A stretch of DNA of 64,000 nt, taken from assembly GCA_963782055.1 (NCBI GenBank), contig CAWAIF010000002.1, forward strand, positions 480,001 through 544,000. The letters run 5' to 3'. Both the position numbers and the translations under genes were made by a program. The stretch is from an uncultured delta proteobacterium. GTDB lineage: Bacteria; Myxococcota_A; Polyangia; Polyangiales; Polyangiaceae. Every line of letters starts with the position of its first letter. Position 1 is the stretch's first letter. This document shows positions 30,317 through 40,412 of the stretch, one piece after another. Under the pieces are notes generated by a model. That model saw only the letters and a list, made by a program, of their open reading frames with translations. It ran no database searches and had not been told where the DNA came from.

Positions 30317-30910
30317 ATGGACCCTGTGTTCTTCACGATCAAGCGGGCTTACTACGCGACGCTCAGGCTCACCCGGCGGGCGCTCGCGGCGATGGGGCTC
30401 ACCGCGGCGCGGTTCGACCTGCTCGATGCGCTGTACAAGGTCGGGACGCGGACCGTCACGCTGCAGAGTCAGTTACGGCGGGCGCTCGGCGTCGCGCGGT
30501 CGACCATCAGCGTCATGATGCGATCGCTCGAGCGGATCGGGCTGGTCACGCGGCGGCGGGACGGGCGTGACGTGGTCGTCGCGCTCACGCCCGAGGGGCG
30601 TCGGCGCATCCGGCGGGCGTACTACGGGCTGGTGCTCGTGGGGCACGTGGGGTTCGCGCTGGACGGGGCGCTCGCGCCGGGCGAGCGGCGCTGGCCCGAC
30701 GCGCGGCGGTGCGCCAGCGCACGGCGGCACCTGGAAGCGCTCTGCATGCGCATCCGGCTCGGGTTCGGCGACGAGGCGACGCTGGACAGGCTGACCGAGT
30801 ACGGGTTCTGGGTGCTCCGCGATCGCGACCGAGCGCGGCGCGCGCAGGCGCGCCGCGAGCAACGACGGAGCGAGCTCGAGCAGGTCTGCGCGCTCCTCTC
30901 CGGGCCGTGA
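30317..30910 (+). CDS. MarR-family transcriptional regulator
   Basis: GLTAARFDLL...LGVARSTISVMMRSLERIGLVTR..DGR...VALTPEG. Confidence 0.85.
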   Translation: MDPVFFTIKRAYYATLRLTRRALAAMGLTAARFDLLDALYKVGTRTVTLQSQLRRALGVARSTISVMMRSLERIGLVTRRRDGRDVVVALTPEGRRRIRRAYYGLVLVGHVGFALDGALAPGERRWPDARRCASARRHLEALCMRIRLGFGDEATLDRLTEYGFWVLRDRDRARRAQARREQRRSELEQVCALLSGP

Positions 30911-31008
30911 ACGACGTTCGTGCCCGGCACTCGCCGAGCCCCCGCGGCATGTCGGACGTCGGACGTGGAGAGCGTCCTCGCACCCGCCGCCCGCCTCCCA
31001 GCGAGACC

Positions 31009-31410
31009 TCAGTTGAACGCGGCCGACTGACACTCCGACTTGGCGGGGCAACCCGCGTTCGTCGCGCACGTCTCGCAGTCGCTCTGGCACTTGCTGCGGC
31101 ACGTCTGCTCCGCGCTCTTGCAGTTCTGCCGGCAGCCGAAGTTGTTCTTGCAGTTGTCCTGGCACGTCTTGCTCGTCGTGCCGCAGGTGGTGCCGCACGT
31201 GCCCGCCGCCTGGGTGCACGACAGGTCCGGCGTGCACGCGCCGTCCGCGCCCGCGTCGCTCGCCCCGCCGTCGCCACCGGACGCGTCGCTCCGGGCGTCG
31301 GCGCCGCCGTCGTCCACGGGCTGGAAGATGTCGAAGTCGTAGCTGCAGCCCGTCGCCGCGACGGCGGCGAGCGCGATCGACAAGACGTGCAGACGCCCCA
31401 TGCTCGCCAT
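31009..31410 (-). CDS. Small Cys-rich lipoprotein (CX3C/CX6C helical repeats)
   Basis: ATGC lipobox; DAG linker; regularly spaced Cys. Confidence 0.7.
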   Translation of the reverse strand: MASMGRLHVLSIALAAVAATGCSYDFDIFQPVDDGGADARSDASGGDGGASDAGADGACTPDLSCTQAAGTCGTTCGTTSKTCQDNCKNNFGCRQNCKSAEQTCRSKCQSDCETCATNAGCPAKSECQSAAFN

Positions 31411-31437
31411 GCTCGAACTGTAGCCGACCGGGCCCCG

Positions 31438-32808
31438 CTAGGCCATTTTCGAGAGCTCGTCGTACAGGTACGCCGCGCTCTTGATGCCCAGGTGGTAGTT
31501 CTCCAGGTCCAGCCACTCGTTGGGGGCGTGGGCGTTCTCGTCCGGCTGGCCGAAGCCCATGAGCAGGCAAGGTTTGCCGGTCACGTCGGCGATCGTCCGC
31601 ACGAAGGGGATGGACCCGCCCTCGCGGATGAACACCGTCGGCTTGCCGAACGCCTTCGAGAAGGCGCGCTTGGCGACCTCGAAGACGGGGTGGTTGGTGG
31701 GCGCGAGGTACGGCTCGCCGCCGTGGAGGTTGACCACGCGGACGCGCACGCCGCGCGGGGCGAGCTTCTGGATGTGCGCCCCGACCTTCTTCGCGATGTC
31801 GGCCGAGCTCTGGTTGGGCACCAGCCGGCAGGAGAGCTTCGCCATCGCGCGGGCGGGGATGATGGTCTTGGCGCCCTCGCCCTCGTGACCGCCGCTGATG
31901 CCGTTGACGTCCAGCGTGGGGCGCGCCCACACGCGCTCCAGGGTGGAGTAGCCCTTCTCGCCGACCAGCTCCGGGCAGCCGGTGGAGGCGAGCCACTCCT
32001 TCTCGTCGAAGGGCAGGTCGGCGATCTCCTTGCGCTCGCTCGCGGTGAGCTCCAGCACGTCGTCGTAGAAGCCGGGCACCGTGACGCGGCCGTCCTCGTC
32101 GTGCAGCCGCGCGAGGATGGACGCGAGGGCGTTGACCGGGTTGGCCACGCCGCCGCCGAAGGACCCGGAGTGTAGATCCTGCTTCGGCCCCTCCACGTGG
32201 ACCTCCAGGTACATCAGCCCGCGCAGGCCGACGCAGAGGGAAGGGATGCCGCGCCCGAACATGGCGGTGTCGCTGACGCAGACGTAGTCCGCCTCCAGGT
32301 CCGCCTTCTTCTGGCGCATCAGCTCGTCCAGGTTCCTGCTGCCGATCTCCTCCTCGCCCTCGACGATGAGCTTGAGGTTGATCGGCAGCTTGCCCGCCGT
32401 CTTGATGAACGCCTCGATCGCCTTGACGTGGATGTGGACCTGCCCCTTGTCGTCCACCACGCCGCGGCCCCACATGCGGCCGTCACGGATGGCGGGCTCG
32501 AAGGGCGGCGAGATCCACTCGGCGAGCGGCTCCACAGGCTGCACGTCGTGGTGGCCGTAGACGAGGAGCGTCGGCTTGCCGGGCGCGTGCATGAAGGAGG
32601 CGAACACCGCGGGGTGCAGCTTGGTGGGCCAGACCTCCACGCGCTCGGCGCCGAGCGTCCTCAGCCGCGCGGCGAGCCACTCGGCGTTCTTCACCAGGTC
32701 GGGGTTGTGGCGGGCGTCGCTGGAGATGGAGGGGATGCGCACCCACTCCTGTAGCTCCTTCACGAAGTGGCTTCGGTTCTCTTCGATGTAGTCGAGGACG
32801 CGTTGCAT
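31438..32808 (-). CDS. M20 family dipeptidase
   Basis: YGHHDVQP, GRGVVDDKG, EGEEE and AHAPNE motifs. Confidence 0.95.
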   Translation of the reverse strand: MQRVLDYIEENRSHFVKELQEWVRIPSISSDARHNPDLVKNAEWLAARLRTLGAERVEVWPTKLHPAVFASFMHAPGKPTLLVYGHHDVQPVEPLAEWISPPFEPAIRDGRMWGRGVVDDKGQVHIHVKAIEAFIKTAGKLPINLKLIVEGEEEIGSRNLDELMRQKKADLEADYVCVSDTAMFGRGIPSLCVGLRGLMYLEVHVEGPKQDLHSGSFGGGVANPVNALASILARLHDEDGRVTVPGFYDDVLELTASERKEIADLPFDEKEWLASTGCPELVGEKGYSTLERVWARPTLDVNGISGGHEGEGAKTIIPARAMAKLSCRLVPNQSSADIAKKVGAHIQKLAPRGVRVRVVNLHGGEPYLAPTNHPVFEVAKRAFSKAFGKPTVFIREGGSIPFVRTIADVTGKPCLLMGFGQPDENAHAPNEWLDLENYHLGIKSAAYLYDELSKMA

Positions 32809-32833
32809 CGCCGCGACAGTACACCGGCGCCGG

Positions 32834-33436
32834 TCACTTCGCGAGCGCCGCCAGCGCCTCGCGCAGCGCCTCGGCGAGGGGGAGATCCTCGATGCGCGCG
32901 CCCAGCGCCGCCACCGTGCGCTCCGCCTCCGCCGGGCGGTAGCCCATGCGCGTCAGCGCGCCGAGGAGCAGCTCCGCGTTGCTCCCGGCGGGCACGGCGG
33001 GCGCGCCCTTCTGCGGCAGCGGCGCCCCCGGCGCCGCCCGCAGCTTGCCCTCCAGCTCCAGCACCAGTCGCTCCGCCGTCTTCTTTCCGATGCCGGGGAT
33101 CTGCGTCAGCTTGCCCAGATCCTTGCGAGTGACGGCCTGCGCCAGGTCGCCGGCCGGCAGCGCGCTCAGCACGGCGACCGCGGTGCGCGGGCCCACGCTG
33201 GCGATGGAGATCAGGATGCGGAAGGCGGCGCGGTCGGCGTCGGTGGCGAACCCGAAGAGGGCGAGGGCGTCCTCCCGCACGTGCGTGTGGACGAAGAGGG
33301 TGACCGCGCCCGCCTCGGAGGGGACGCGGCCCAGCGTGCCGAGGGGCACGGTCACCTCGTAGCCCACCCCCTGCACCTCGAGCACGACGACGTCGCCCTC
33401 GTCGGCGACGACGCGTCCGGTCAAGCGGCCAATCAT
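32834..33436 (-). CDS. ruvA: Holliday junction branch migration protein RuvA
   Basis: MIGRLTG, GVGYEV, HVRED and IPGIGKKTAERLVLEL motifs. Confidence 0.97.
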   Translation of the reverse strand: MIGRLTGRVVADEGDVVVLEVQGVGYEVTVPLGTLGRVPSEAGAVTLFVHTHVREDALALFGFATDADRAAFRILISIASVGPRTAVAVLSALPAGDLAQAVTRKDLGKLTQIPGIGKKTAERLVLELEGKLRAAPGAPLPQKGAPAVPAGSNAELLLGALTRMGYRPAEAERTVAALGARIEDLPLAEALREALAALAK

Positions 33437-33486
33437 CGGCCGCCGAAGCTACTCCATCGGGGCCGAAAACTCAGCGCCCACGTCGG

Positions 33487-34833
33487 TCAGCGCTTGCGGC
33501 GCCGGCGGGCGACGCCGATGCCGGCGAAGCCCACGGCGCCGAAGAGCGCGATGCCGAAGCCGACGCCGCCGGCCCTGTCCGGCGTCGAGACCGCGCAGCC
33601 GCCGGTGAACCCGCCGGCGGAGGCGCTGTCGCCGGTGCCGGGGGGGCAAGGCGGGTACGAGGGGCACGGCGGCACGTTCACCGCCGTGTGCGCCTGGTGG
33701 AAGCCGGACAGCACGCTCTGATCGGCCGACGCCTGCAGGGTGAGGTCCTGATCCAGCGCGGCGTGCGCCAGGTCGGAGCGGATGCGCGTGACGCGTGGCT
33801 GCGCGATGCCCGCGAAGAGGGTGGTCAGGTCGTCGTCGCGCACCTGGTCCGGCGTCTCCGGGTTGGGGCCGTCGATGGGCGCGTAGTCGCTTCCGGCGTC
33901 GTAGTCGGAGCTGTAGTAAGTCCCGCCGTAACGGACGATCTGCTCGAACTGCGCCTGGTCGAGGTTGAGCGAGCTCTCCACCTCCCAGCCCTTGTTGCCG
34001 AGCTGCTGCTCCTTCTGCTGGCGCAGGAGGGTGTAGTTGCTGGAGTTGGTGGTGTAGTCCCACACCAGCTCGTCGTCGGTGATGCGGAAGAAGGGGAAGT
34101 TCTGCGGCTCGTAGCGGCCGTCGCCCACCACCCACAGGGTGATGCCCACAGTGGCGCCGGTGCCCGCGGCGACCATGCGCAGCGGAAGCGTGGGCGAGGC
34201 GCCGGGGAGGGTCACGCGCACCGGGCGCATGGCGTCGATCCCGGCGCCGGGGACGAGCTTCATCGCCAGGAAGTCGAAGCCCTCGTTGACGTACTCGGCG
34301 ATGACCGGCTCGATGTCGGAGGGGATGCTGAAGCTGTTCTGCTGGAGCCAGGTGTCGAGGGCCGTCGGGTCGGTCGCCTTGAGCTGCACCGTCTCGTACG
34401 GGCCGACGACCTCCTGCTTGGTGACCGTGACGCCGTCGCTGGGCGGGGCGGTCCCGGCGTCCACAGCGCCGAAGGCGCCGCTCTGCCCGTCGCAGAAGGG
34501 GGCGCTCGGGCAGAAGCGCGGCGGCGCCTGCACCTGCGTGCGGGTGAGGCTGTCGAGCGTGCCGAAGACCACGTCCGCCGAGAGGCCGACGGTGGCGGTG
34601 CCGTGGATGGGAAGCACCCACGCGAAGGAGTCCGGCGCGCCGGAGTAGCGGATCTGATCGTAGAGGGTGGTCTGCGTCTGCGAGATGCTGAGAATCATCC
34701 GGTGGTCGGTGACCACCGACGGATTCTCCGGCGGGGTGAAGCAGCCGCCGCACGCCGCCGCGTCGTGCGCGCGAAGAGCGACAAGGCCAAGAGCGCCGAG
34801 CCCGATCAGACCGAAGCGAAGAGAACGACCCAT
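33487..34833 (-). CDS. DUF2330-domain protein with a MYXO-CTERM tail
   Basis: AAACGGCF, FAWVLP, VGPYETV and LPLRMVA motifs; C-terminus GGCAV...TM...RRRRKR. Confidence 0.85.
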   Translation of the reverse strand: MGRSLRFGLIGLGALGLVALRAHDAAACGGCFTPPENPSVVTDHRMILSISQTQTTLYDQIRYSGAPDSFAWVLPIHGTATVGLSADVVFGTLDSLTRTQVQAPPRFCPSAPFCDGQSGAFGAVDAGTAPPSDGVTVTKQEVVGPYETVQLKATDPTALDTWLQQNSFSIPSDIEPVIAEYVNEGFDFLAMKLVPGAGIDAMRPVRVTLPGASPTLPLRMVAAGTGATVGITLWVVGDGRYEPQNFPFFRITDDELVWDYTTNSSNYTLLRQQKEQQLGNKGWEVESSLNLDQAQFEQIVRYGGTYYSSDYDAGSDYAPIDGPNPETPDQVRDDDLTTLFAGIAQPRVTRIRSDLAHAALDQDLTLQASADQSVLSGFHQAHTAVNVPPCPSYPPCPPGTGDSASAGGFTGGCAVSTPDRAGGVGFGIALFGAVGFAGIGVARRRRKR

Positions 34834-34857
34834 GTTTGCCTCCACCCTGCCCGTGTT

Positions 34858-34873
34858 TGCACAGCGTGTGCCA
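34858..34873 (-). promoter_or_regulatory. Putative sigma54 promoter of the DUF2330 gene
   Basis: Minus strand TGGCACACGCTGTGCA (GG-N10-GC), then GGAGG RBS and ATG at 34833. Confidence 0.6.
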
Positions 34874-35040
34874 CGAGGTAACTGCGCGAAATGGCACGAT
34901 GTGCTGCCAGCCAGGCCCTGACGTCTGCGGCCCCGACGGCGCAGGTCGGCACAGGCTCGGGCGGGCTCCCCTCGATTTATTTGCGGTCTCGTGGGGGCAG
35001 TGGGTAAAACCGCTGACCCGACCACTTCGAGGGAGAATCC

Positions 35041-35391
35041 ATGCGCATGCACGCCAAGCTTCTGCTGCTCCTCGCTCCCGCCGCCGCGGTCGCCGGTCTC
35101 GCCCTCGCGTGTGGTGGTGACAGCCCGCCGCCGGAGGCGCCCCCGATGCCGCCGCCGGAGCCGTCCGCCGCCGCGCCGGTGGACATGAGCATGTTCAACG
35201 AGGCGCCTTCCGCCTCCGCCACGGCCCCCGCGCCCTCGGCAGCCCCCAGCGCCGCGCCCTCCGCCGCCCCCGCCGCCGACGCCGGCGCCAAGGCCCCGTC
35301 CGCCGACGCGGGGAAGAAGCCCGCCAAGCCGGAGACCAAGGCCGGCGGCAAGGGCAAGCCGACCCCCAAGCCGAAGGCCAGGCACAAGTGA
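35041..35391 (+). CDS. Small Pro/Ala/Lys-rich lipoprotein
   Basis: ALAC lipobox; GGGAG RBS; low-complexity body. Confidence 0.65.
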   Translation: MRMHAKLLLLLAPAAAVAGLALACGGDSPPPEAPPMPPPEPSAAAPVDMSMFNEAPSASATAPAPSAAPSAAPSAAPAADAGAKAPSADAGKKPAKPETKAGGKGKPTPKPKARHK

Positions 35392-35434
35392 TCCACCTCC
35401 CCGCGCGGCTCGGCGTGGCGCCGGGCCGGCGGGA

Positions 35435-36862
35435 TCAGGTGACCTGACCTCCGCGCCGCCCGCGCCAAGCCGGCGCGCGGAACGCGCCCGCCGCCAGCAT
35501 GCAGAGGATGGGGATCACCACCACGTGGTAGCGGTCCTCGCCGAAGAAGATGGCGTGCGTCACGACCGTCGTGGCGATGAGCCCGAGGCCCAGCGTGAGC
35601 GCCGGCGGTCTGGGTGGCGCACCGGGCAGCGGCAGCCACGGCACCACGCAGATCAGGAGCACCAGCGGCCAGAAGGCGGGCGAGCTCTCGCTCGCGCCCC
35701 ACGCCGCGAGCGCCGCTGTCACGGCGAGCAGCGCGCCCTGCACCGCGCCCCCGCGCCCGCGGGTGGCGAACCCGATGACGCCCAGCGCCGCGATGCACAC
35801 CAGCAGGCGGTGGACCATCGTCGTCAGATCGCGCCACGCCACGCGCCGCTGCTCTGGCCACATCGAAGGCCGCGCCTCGTGCAGGTACTCCACCTCGAAG
35901 GACTCGTGGTCGAAGGTGTACGAGAGCTTCTTCGGCACCAGCGCGAGCCAGTGCCACGGGTGCCGCCGGATCTGGTCGACGGCGTAGGCGCGCCAGCAGC
36001 GATCCTGGTGGACCTGACCGATGACGTCGCGGCACCCGTCGCTCGCGCGCAGCGTCTCGAAGCGGCCGGTCGCCCGCGGGAAGGCGCCGATGGCGAGGTT
36101 CCAGCCGGCGTTGGTGCTCACCAGCGCGCAGCCGTCCATCACCTCGCAGTTGCGCGCCGTCCACGGCAGCATCGGCGCGAGGGTCAGCGCGCACGCGAGC
36201 GCCGCCGCCGCCGGGCGCCCGAGGCGTCCCAGGCGCCGCAGCCGCTCCGGGAGCGGGAGCAGCCCGAAGAAGGGGGCGACGAGCAGGGTCTGCGGGCGCA
36301 CCAGGCACGTCAGGCCGAGCACCAGCGCGCCGAGGACGAACGCGGGCATCGTTCGCCTGCGCACGGCGAGCCAGAAGGCGACGAGGGTCGTCAGCGCCGC
36401 GAGCGGCTCGGTCATCACCAGGCCGGCGTACAGGACGAGCCCCGGGTGGAGCGCCACCAGCGCCCCCGCCACGCGCGCCCGCGTCGCCGACATGGCGTGC
36501 CGCGCGAGCAGCCACGCGAAGACCGCGCAGAGCGCGCCCACCACCGCGTCGACGACCCCCGCGACGCGCAGGTCGGGCCCGAAGATCCGGTAGAAGAAGG
36601 AGAGGAAGCCGCTGTAGCCGACGGGGTAGTGGCACCACGGGTGCCACAGCAGATGATCGGCGACGAAGCGGTCGTCGGAGTAGCCGAGGCCGGCGGCGAT
36701 GCGCCGCGCGCCGAAGTCGTAGTAGTGCCCGTCCCACACGGGCTCCGCGGCCCAGCGCAGCGCGACGAAGAGTCGCGGGGCGAGCGCCGCGAAGAAGAGC
36801 GCGAAGCCGAACGCGACGTCGTCGCGCTGCGCCGCGCGGCCGAGAGCCGTGGTCCGCGGCAT
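35435..36862 (-). CDS. GT-C fold membrane glycosyltransferase (ArnT/PMT family 39-like)
   Basis: Multiple TMs; WDGHYY, YPVGY, MTEPL, PWTARN and RYH motifs. Confidence 0.8.
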   Translation of the reverse strand: MPRTTALGRAAQRDDVAFGFALFFAALAPRLFVALRWAAEPVWDGHYYDFGARRIAAGLGYSDDRFVADHLLWHPWCHYPVGYSGFLSFFYRIFGPDLRVAGVVDAVVGALCAVFAWLLARHAMSATRARVAGALVALHPGLVLYAGLVMTEPLAALTTLVAFWLAVRRRTMPAFVLGALVLGLTCLVRPQTLLVAPFFGLLPLPERLRRLGRLGRPAAAALACALTLAPMLPWTARNCEVMDGCALVSTNAGWNLAIGAFPRATGRFETLRASDGCRDVIGQVHQDRCWRAYAVDQIRRHPWHWLALVPKKLSYTFDHESFEVEYLHEARPSMWPEQRRVAWRDLTTMVHRLLVCIAALGVIGFATRGRGGAVQGALLAVTAALAAWGASESSPAFWPLVLLICVVPWLPLPGAPPRPPALTLGLGLIATTVVTHAIFFGEDRYHVVVIPILCMLAAGAFRAPAWRGRRGGQVT

Positions 36863-36868
36863 CGCCCG

Positions 36869-38482
36869 TCAGGCGCCGCCCCGGCCGGACGCCCGGCGGT
36901 CGTCGTCCCCCTGCAGCTCGCGCATGCGCCGGACGTACGTCCGCTGCACCTGCGCGGGGTCCAGCCGCAGGTACTTGGCCAGCTCGGCGAGGAAGCCCCG
37001 CACGTAGACCAGCGCGGGGAGGTCGGCCCACTGCTCCTCCTCCAGCGCCGCCAGGTGCTGCCGGGCGATCTTGGTGCGGCCGCTGATGTCGCCCAGGTCC
37101 ACCCCCTGCGACTCGCGCACCTTGCGCAGCAGCGCGCCGGAGAACTCGGTGTCCGGGCCGATCTCCCGCGCCAGCTCCGCCTGGAGCATGAGCTGCTCGG
37201 CCGCGACGGCGCGCTTGCGGGGCGCGGGCGCCGCCGCCGGCAGCGGGTCGTTGAAGGTGGAGAGGTCGTAGGCGCGCCGCCGCACCGGGTCGAGCAGCGT
37301 GTCGTACGCCTCGTCCAGCCGGCCCTGCTCCGCGCGCAGGCGCGCCTCGTCGAAGAGCGACGAGGCGGCGATGCTGCCGGAGGCGTACACCTCCCGCTGG
37401 CGCTTGTAGCCGCGGCGGATCTCCTCGTCGCTGGAGGAGCGCGTCACCCCGAGCACGTCGTAGAGCGTGGGCGGGCCGGGCGGCCCGAGCACCGGCGGGG
37501 CCGCCGCGCTCTCCGGCGTGGTGACGAGCGCGATGACGCGCCGGCCGATGCGCTCCAGGTTGCGGGCGGCCTTGCTGGTGGGGCTGTCCACGAGCAGCGC
37601 GCGGTTGCGGCGCACCGAGAGCCACACCGTGTCGTCCTGCTCGATGTGGCCGAGCTCCTCCAGCGCGATGCCGTAGTGGCGCGCGGAGAGGCCGCTCATC
37701 GCCGAGCCGACCTCCAGATCGGTGCGCACCCGCGTCTGGTTGACGACCAGCAGCATGCGCGTGCGCCGCGCCTCCGACCAGGCGAGGTCGGCGAGCGACT
37801 TGTCCATCTTCGCCAGCGTACGCACCAGCTCCAGCGGCGCGGGGAGCGAGCCGATCTGCGCCAGCGCGCGCTCGCAGAGGGCGAGGCGGAACTTGTCGCG
37901 CAGGAGGGCTCGCCGCAGGCGGCGGCGGAAGACCGCGCGCAAGAAGCGGTAGGTCGTCTCGACGGCGGGCGGCTCCGGGACCGTGACCACGATGGGCACG
38001 TCGGCGGCGAGCACCACGTCCACCGCGAAGGGGCCGTGACCGGGGCCGACGTCGATGACCAGATACTCCGCGGGGATGCCGCGCACGTTGGAGAGCCAGC
38101 GCGCCTTGCGGCCGGGGCGCAGCAGCCCCCCGCCATCCAGGGCGTCGTGCGCCGCGGGCAGGAGGGAGAGGCCGGGCACGCTGGTGGCGACCAGCGCCTT
38201 CTGCATCTCCCCGCTCGCGCCGCGCTCCAGCGCCGGCTCCTTGGTGCCCGCGGGCAGGCCGAAGTGCGCGTGCAGGTTGGCGCCCGTCGGGTCGGCGTCG
38301 ACCAGCACCACCGACTTGCCGAGCTGCGCGAAGTAGATGGCGAGGTTGACCGCGATGAGGCTCTTGCCCACGCCGCCCCGACCGCCGCCCACCGCGATGA
38401 TGCGCCGCGCCCCGCGCGCGCCGTGCGGCGGGCTCGCCCCATGGGCCTCATGGCCCGGGAATTCTGCGGGATCCGGCGACAC
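36869..38482 (-). CDS. MinD/FlhG-like ATPase fused to a J-like domain and a RodZ-like HTH
   Basis: GGGRGGVGKS, VDAD...ANLH and PEP motifs; LYDVLGV...EIRRGY; LRKVRESQGV...LPALVYVRGFL. Confidence 0.85.
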   Translation of the reverse strand: MSPDPAEFPGHEAHGASPPHGARGARRIIAVGGGRGGVGKSLIAVNLAIYFAQLGKSVVLVDADPTGANLHAHFGLPAGTKEPALERGASGEMQKALVATSVPGLSLLPAAHDALDGGGLLRPGRKARWLSNVRGIPAEYLVIDVGPGHGPFAVDVVLAADVPIVVTVPEPPAVETTYRFLRAVFRRRLRRALLRDKFRLALCERALAQIGSLPAPLELVRTLAKMDKSLADLAWSEARRTRMLLVVNQTRVRTDLEVGSAMSGLSARHYGIALEELGHIEQDDTVWLSVRRNRALLVDSPTSKAARNLERIGRRVIALVTTPESAAAPPVLGPPGPPTLYDVLGVTRSSSDEEIRRGYKRQREVYASGSIAASSLFDEARLRAEQGRLDEAYDTLLDPVRRRAYDLSTFNDPLPAAAPAPRKRAVAAEQLMLQAELAREIGPDTEFSGALLRKVRESQGVDLGDISGRTKIARQHLAALEEEQWADLPALVYVRGFLAELAKYLRLDPAQVQRTYVRRMRELQGDDDRRASGRGGA

Positions 38483-38554
38483 GGGGGCGGGAGCCTAGCA
38501 CCGGCCCGCCTCGAAGCCGAGCCGGCGCTCGTCGACGGCCGGGCGAACGCCGGG

Positions 38555-39334
38555 CTAGGCGCCGGTCGTCAGGCGGGCCCGGCGCAGCAGCCCGAAGATG
38601 CGCGCCCCGAGCTCGGGCGCGCGGAAGGGCTTCACCACGTAGTCGTCCGCCCCGCAGGCGAAGGCGTCCACCATGTCGCGCGAGGAGGCGTTGGCGGTGA
38701 GAAACAGCAGGGGCAGCGACGCGCTGGAGGTGCGCTGCCGGATGGTGCGGCACAGCTCGATGCCGGACATGCCCGGGAGCGTCCAGTCCAGCACGACCAT
38801 GTCGAACGACTCGACCTCGATGCGCGCGAGGGCCTCCTCGCCGTTGGCCACCGAGCAGACGGTGAAGCCGACCGTCTCGAGCATGGCGCTGACGACATCG
38901 CGCAGGTCGGGGTCGTCGTCGACCAGGAGCACACGCGCCCCGGGCGGCTCGCCGAACTTGCCGATGAAGCTGGCGGAGGGCAGCGAGGGGCGTCTTGGCG
39001 CGATGCGCGGCGACGCGTCGGTGGGGGGCGCCTCGTCGGCGGCCCACTCCGTCCGGCCGGAGGCGCTGTGCGGCCCATCGTCAGGGTGCCCCGCCAGGGT
39101 GCGCAGCTTGCCCCAGTCGCGCGGCTCGAAGCACAGGAGCACGTCGCCGTCGTGCAGCACGCCCCGCGCCGCGGCCGCGGTCACCTTGCCGGTGGACTCC
39201 ACCTCGACGATGGCGAGGAGCCACTCGCCGTCGACGATCGACTCGCCCTGGGGAAGAGGCAGCTCGCGGTCGTCCGACGCGAGCGCGTCCTCGAGCGCGC
39301 TCTCTGTGGCGTAGCGGCACACGATGCTTCGCAC
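38555..39334 (-). CDS. Response regulator with an unknown N-terminal domain and a C-terminal receiver
   Basis: LLVDDD, VLDWTLP, FLTA and DDYVVKPF motifs; GTG start inferred. Confidence 0.8.
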   Translation of the reverse strand: MRSIVCRYATESALEDALASDDRELPLPQGESIVDGEWLLAIVEVESTGKVTAAAARGVLHDGDVLLCFEPRDWGKLRTLAGHPDDGPHSASGRTEWAADEAPPTDASPRIAPRRPSLPSASFIGKFGEPPGARVLLVDDDPDLRDVVSAMLETVGFTVCSVANGEEALARIEVESFDMVVLDWTLPGMSGIELCRTIRQRTSSASLPLLFLTANASSRDMVDAFACGADDYVVKPFRAPELGARIFGLLRRARLTTGA

Positions 39335-39400
39335 GGCGCGAGAACCGTAACGCGTCGGCTCCCCCCCTGCAAAGGCCCGTGCTATGGTCCCCGCGTCTCC

Positions 39401-40408
39401 ATGGCCGGAATCAAGGCAACGCTCGCGCTCTTCCTCGTTGGCGCCGCGACCACGGGCTCGATGTGCCAGAAGTCCTCGGGTAGCGCGGATGCCACCAAGG
39501 ACCCTACCCCCGTCGTCGACGTCAACCTCGCGCAGGTGGACACCACCTCCCTCACCCCGCGCGAGAAACGCGACTGGAGCAGCTACGTGAGCGAGCTGCT
39601 CGCGCCCTGCGCCGACACGCCCGTCCCCATCGCGCAGTGCGTCCAGGAGAAGCGCAACTGCAACAAGTGCCTCCCCGCCGCGAAGCTCATCGAGAAGTCG
39701 GTGCGGGACGGCTACTCGCGCGAGCAGATCGAGAAGTCGTTCCACAACCGCTTCGACGCCGACAAGATCAAGAACGTCACCATCGAGGGCTCGCCCTACC
39801 GCGGCCCGGCGAGCGCGCCCATCACGCTGGTGGAGTTCGCCGACTTCGAGTGCCCGCACTGCCAGATGATGGCCCCCATCCTGGACAAGCTCTGGAGCGA
39901 GCACCAAAACCAGATCCGCTTCGTCTACAAGTTCCTGCCGCTCAACGGGCACCTCCACGCCGAGCCGGCGGCGCGCGCCGCCTTCGCCGCCTTCCAGCAG
40001 GGCAAGTTCTGGGAGATGCACCACGCGCTCTTCGCGGCGCAGGGCAAGCTGGAGGCGACAGACCTGGACAACTACGCCCGGGAGATCGGCCTGGACATGG
40101 CGAAGTTCCACGCCGACATGCAGTCGAAGGCCGCCACCGACCGCATCGCCGCCGACCGCAAGCTCTCCGATGCGCTGGAGGTCCAGGGCACGCCCACCAT
40201 CTACATCAACGGCCGCGAGTACGACGCCCGCTGCCAGTCGCTCGACGACTGGATCGATCTGGACCTCGAGCTCGCGGGCGTGCAGCAGACCAAGGGTCCG
40301 GTGGCGGCGCCGTCGGCGTCCGCCTCCGCGTCGGCCGCCCCGCACGCGTCGGCCGCCCCGCACGCGTCGGCCGCCCCGCACGCGTCGGCCGCCCCCACCA
40401 AGAAGTGA
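39401..40408 (+). CDS. DsbA/thioredoxin-like oxidoreductase
   Basis: FADFECPHC, QGKFWEMH and VQGTPT motifs. Confidence 0.9.
   Translation: MAGIKATLALFLVGAATTGSMCQKSSGSADATKDPTPVVDVNLAQVDTTSLTPREKRDWSSYVSELLAPCADTPVPIAQCVQEKRNCNKCLPAAKLIEKSVRDGYSREQIEKSFHNRFDADKIKNVTIEGSPYRGPASAPITLVEFADFECPHCQMMAPILDKLWSEHQNQIRFVYKFLPLNGHLHAEPAARAAFAAFQQGKFWEMHHALFAAQGKLEATDLDNYAREIGLDMAKFHADMQSKAATDRIAADRKLSDALEVQGTPTIYINGREYDARCQSLDDWIDLDLELAGVQQTKGPVAAPSASASASAAPHASAAPHASAAPHASAAPTKK
40328..40395 (+). repeat. 18-bp tandem repeat (ASAAPH)n in the DsbA tail
   Basis: gcgtcggccgccccgcac repeated three times plus a partial copy. Confidence 0.85.
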
Positions 40409-40412
40409 TGCG

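Noticed and set aside
34892..34908. + strand TGGCAC sigma54 candidate
   Set aside because: GG-to-GC spacing is off by one; the minus-strand site at 34858-34873 fits exactly.
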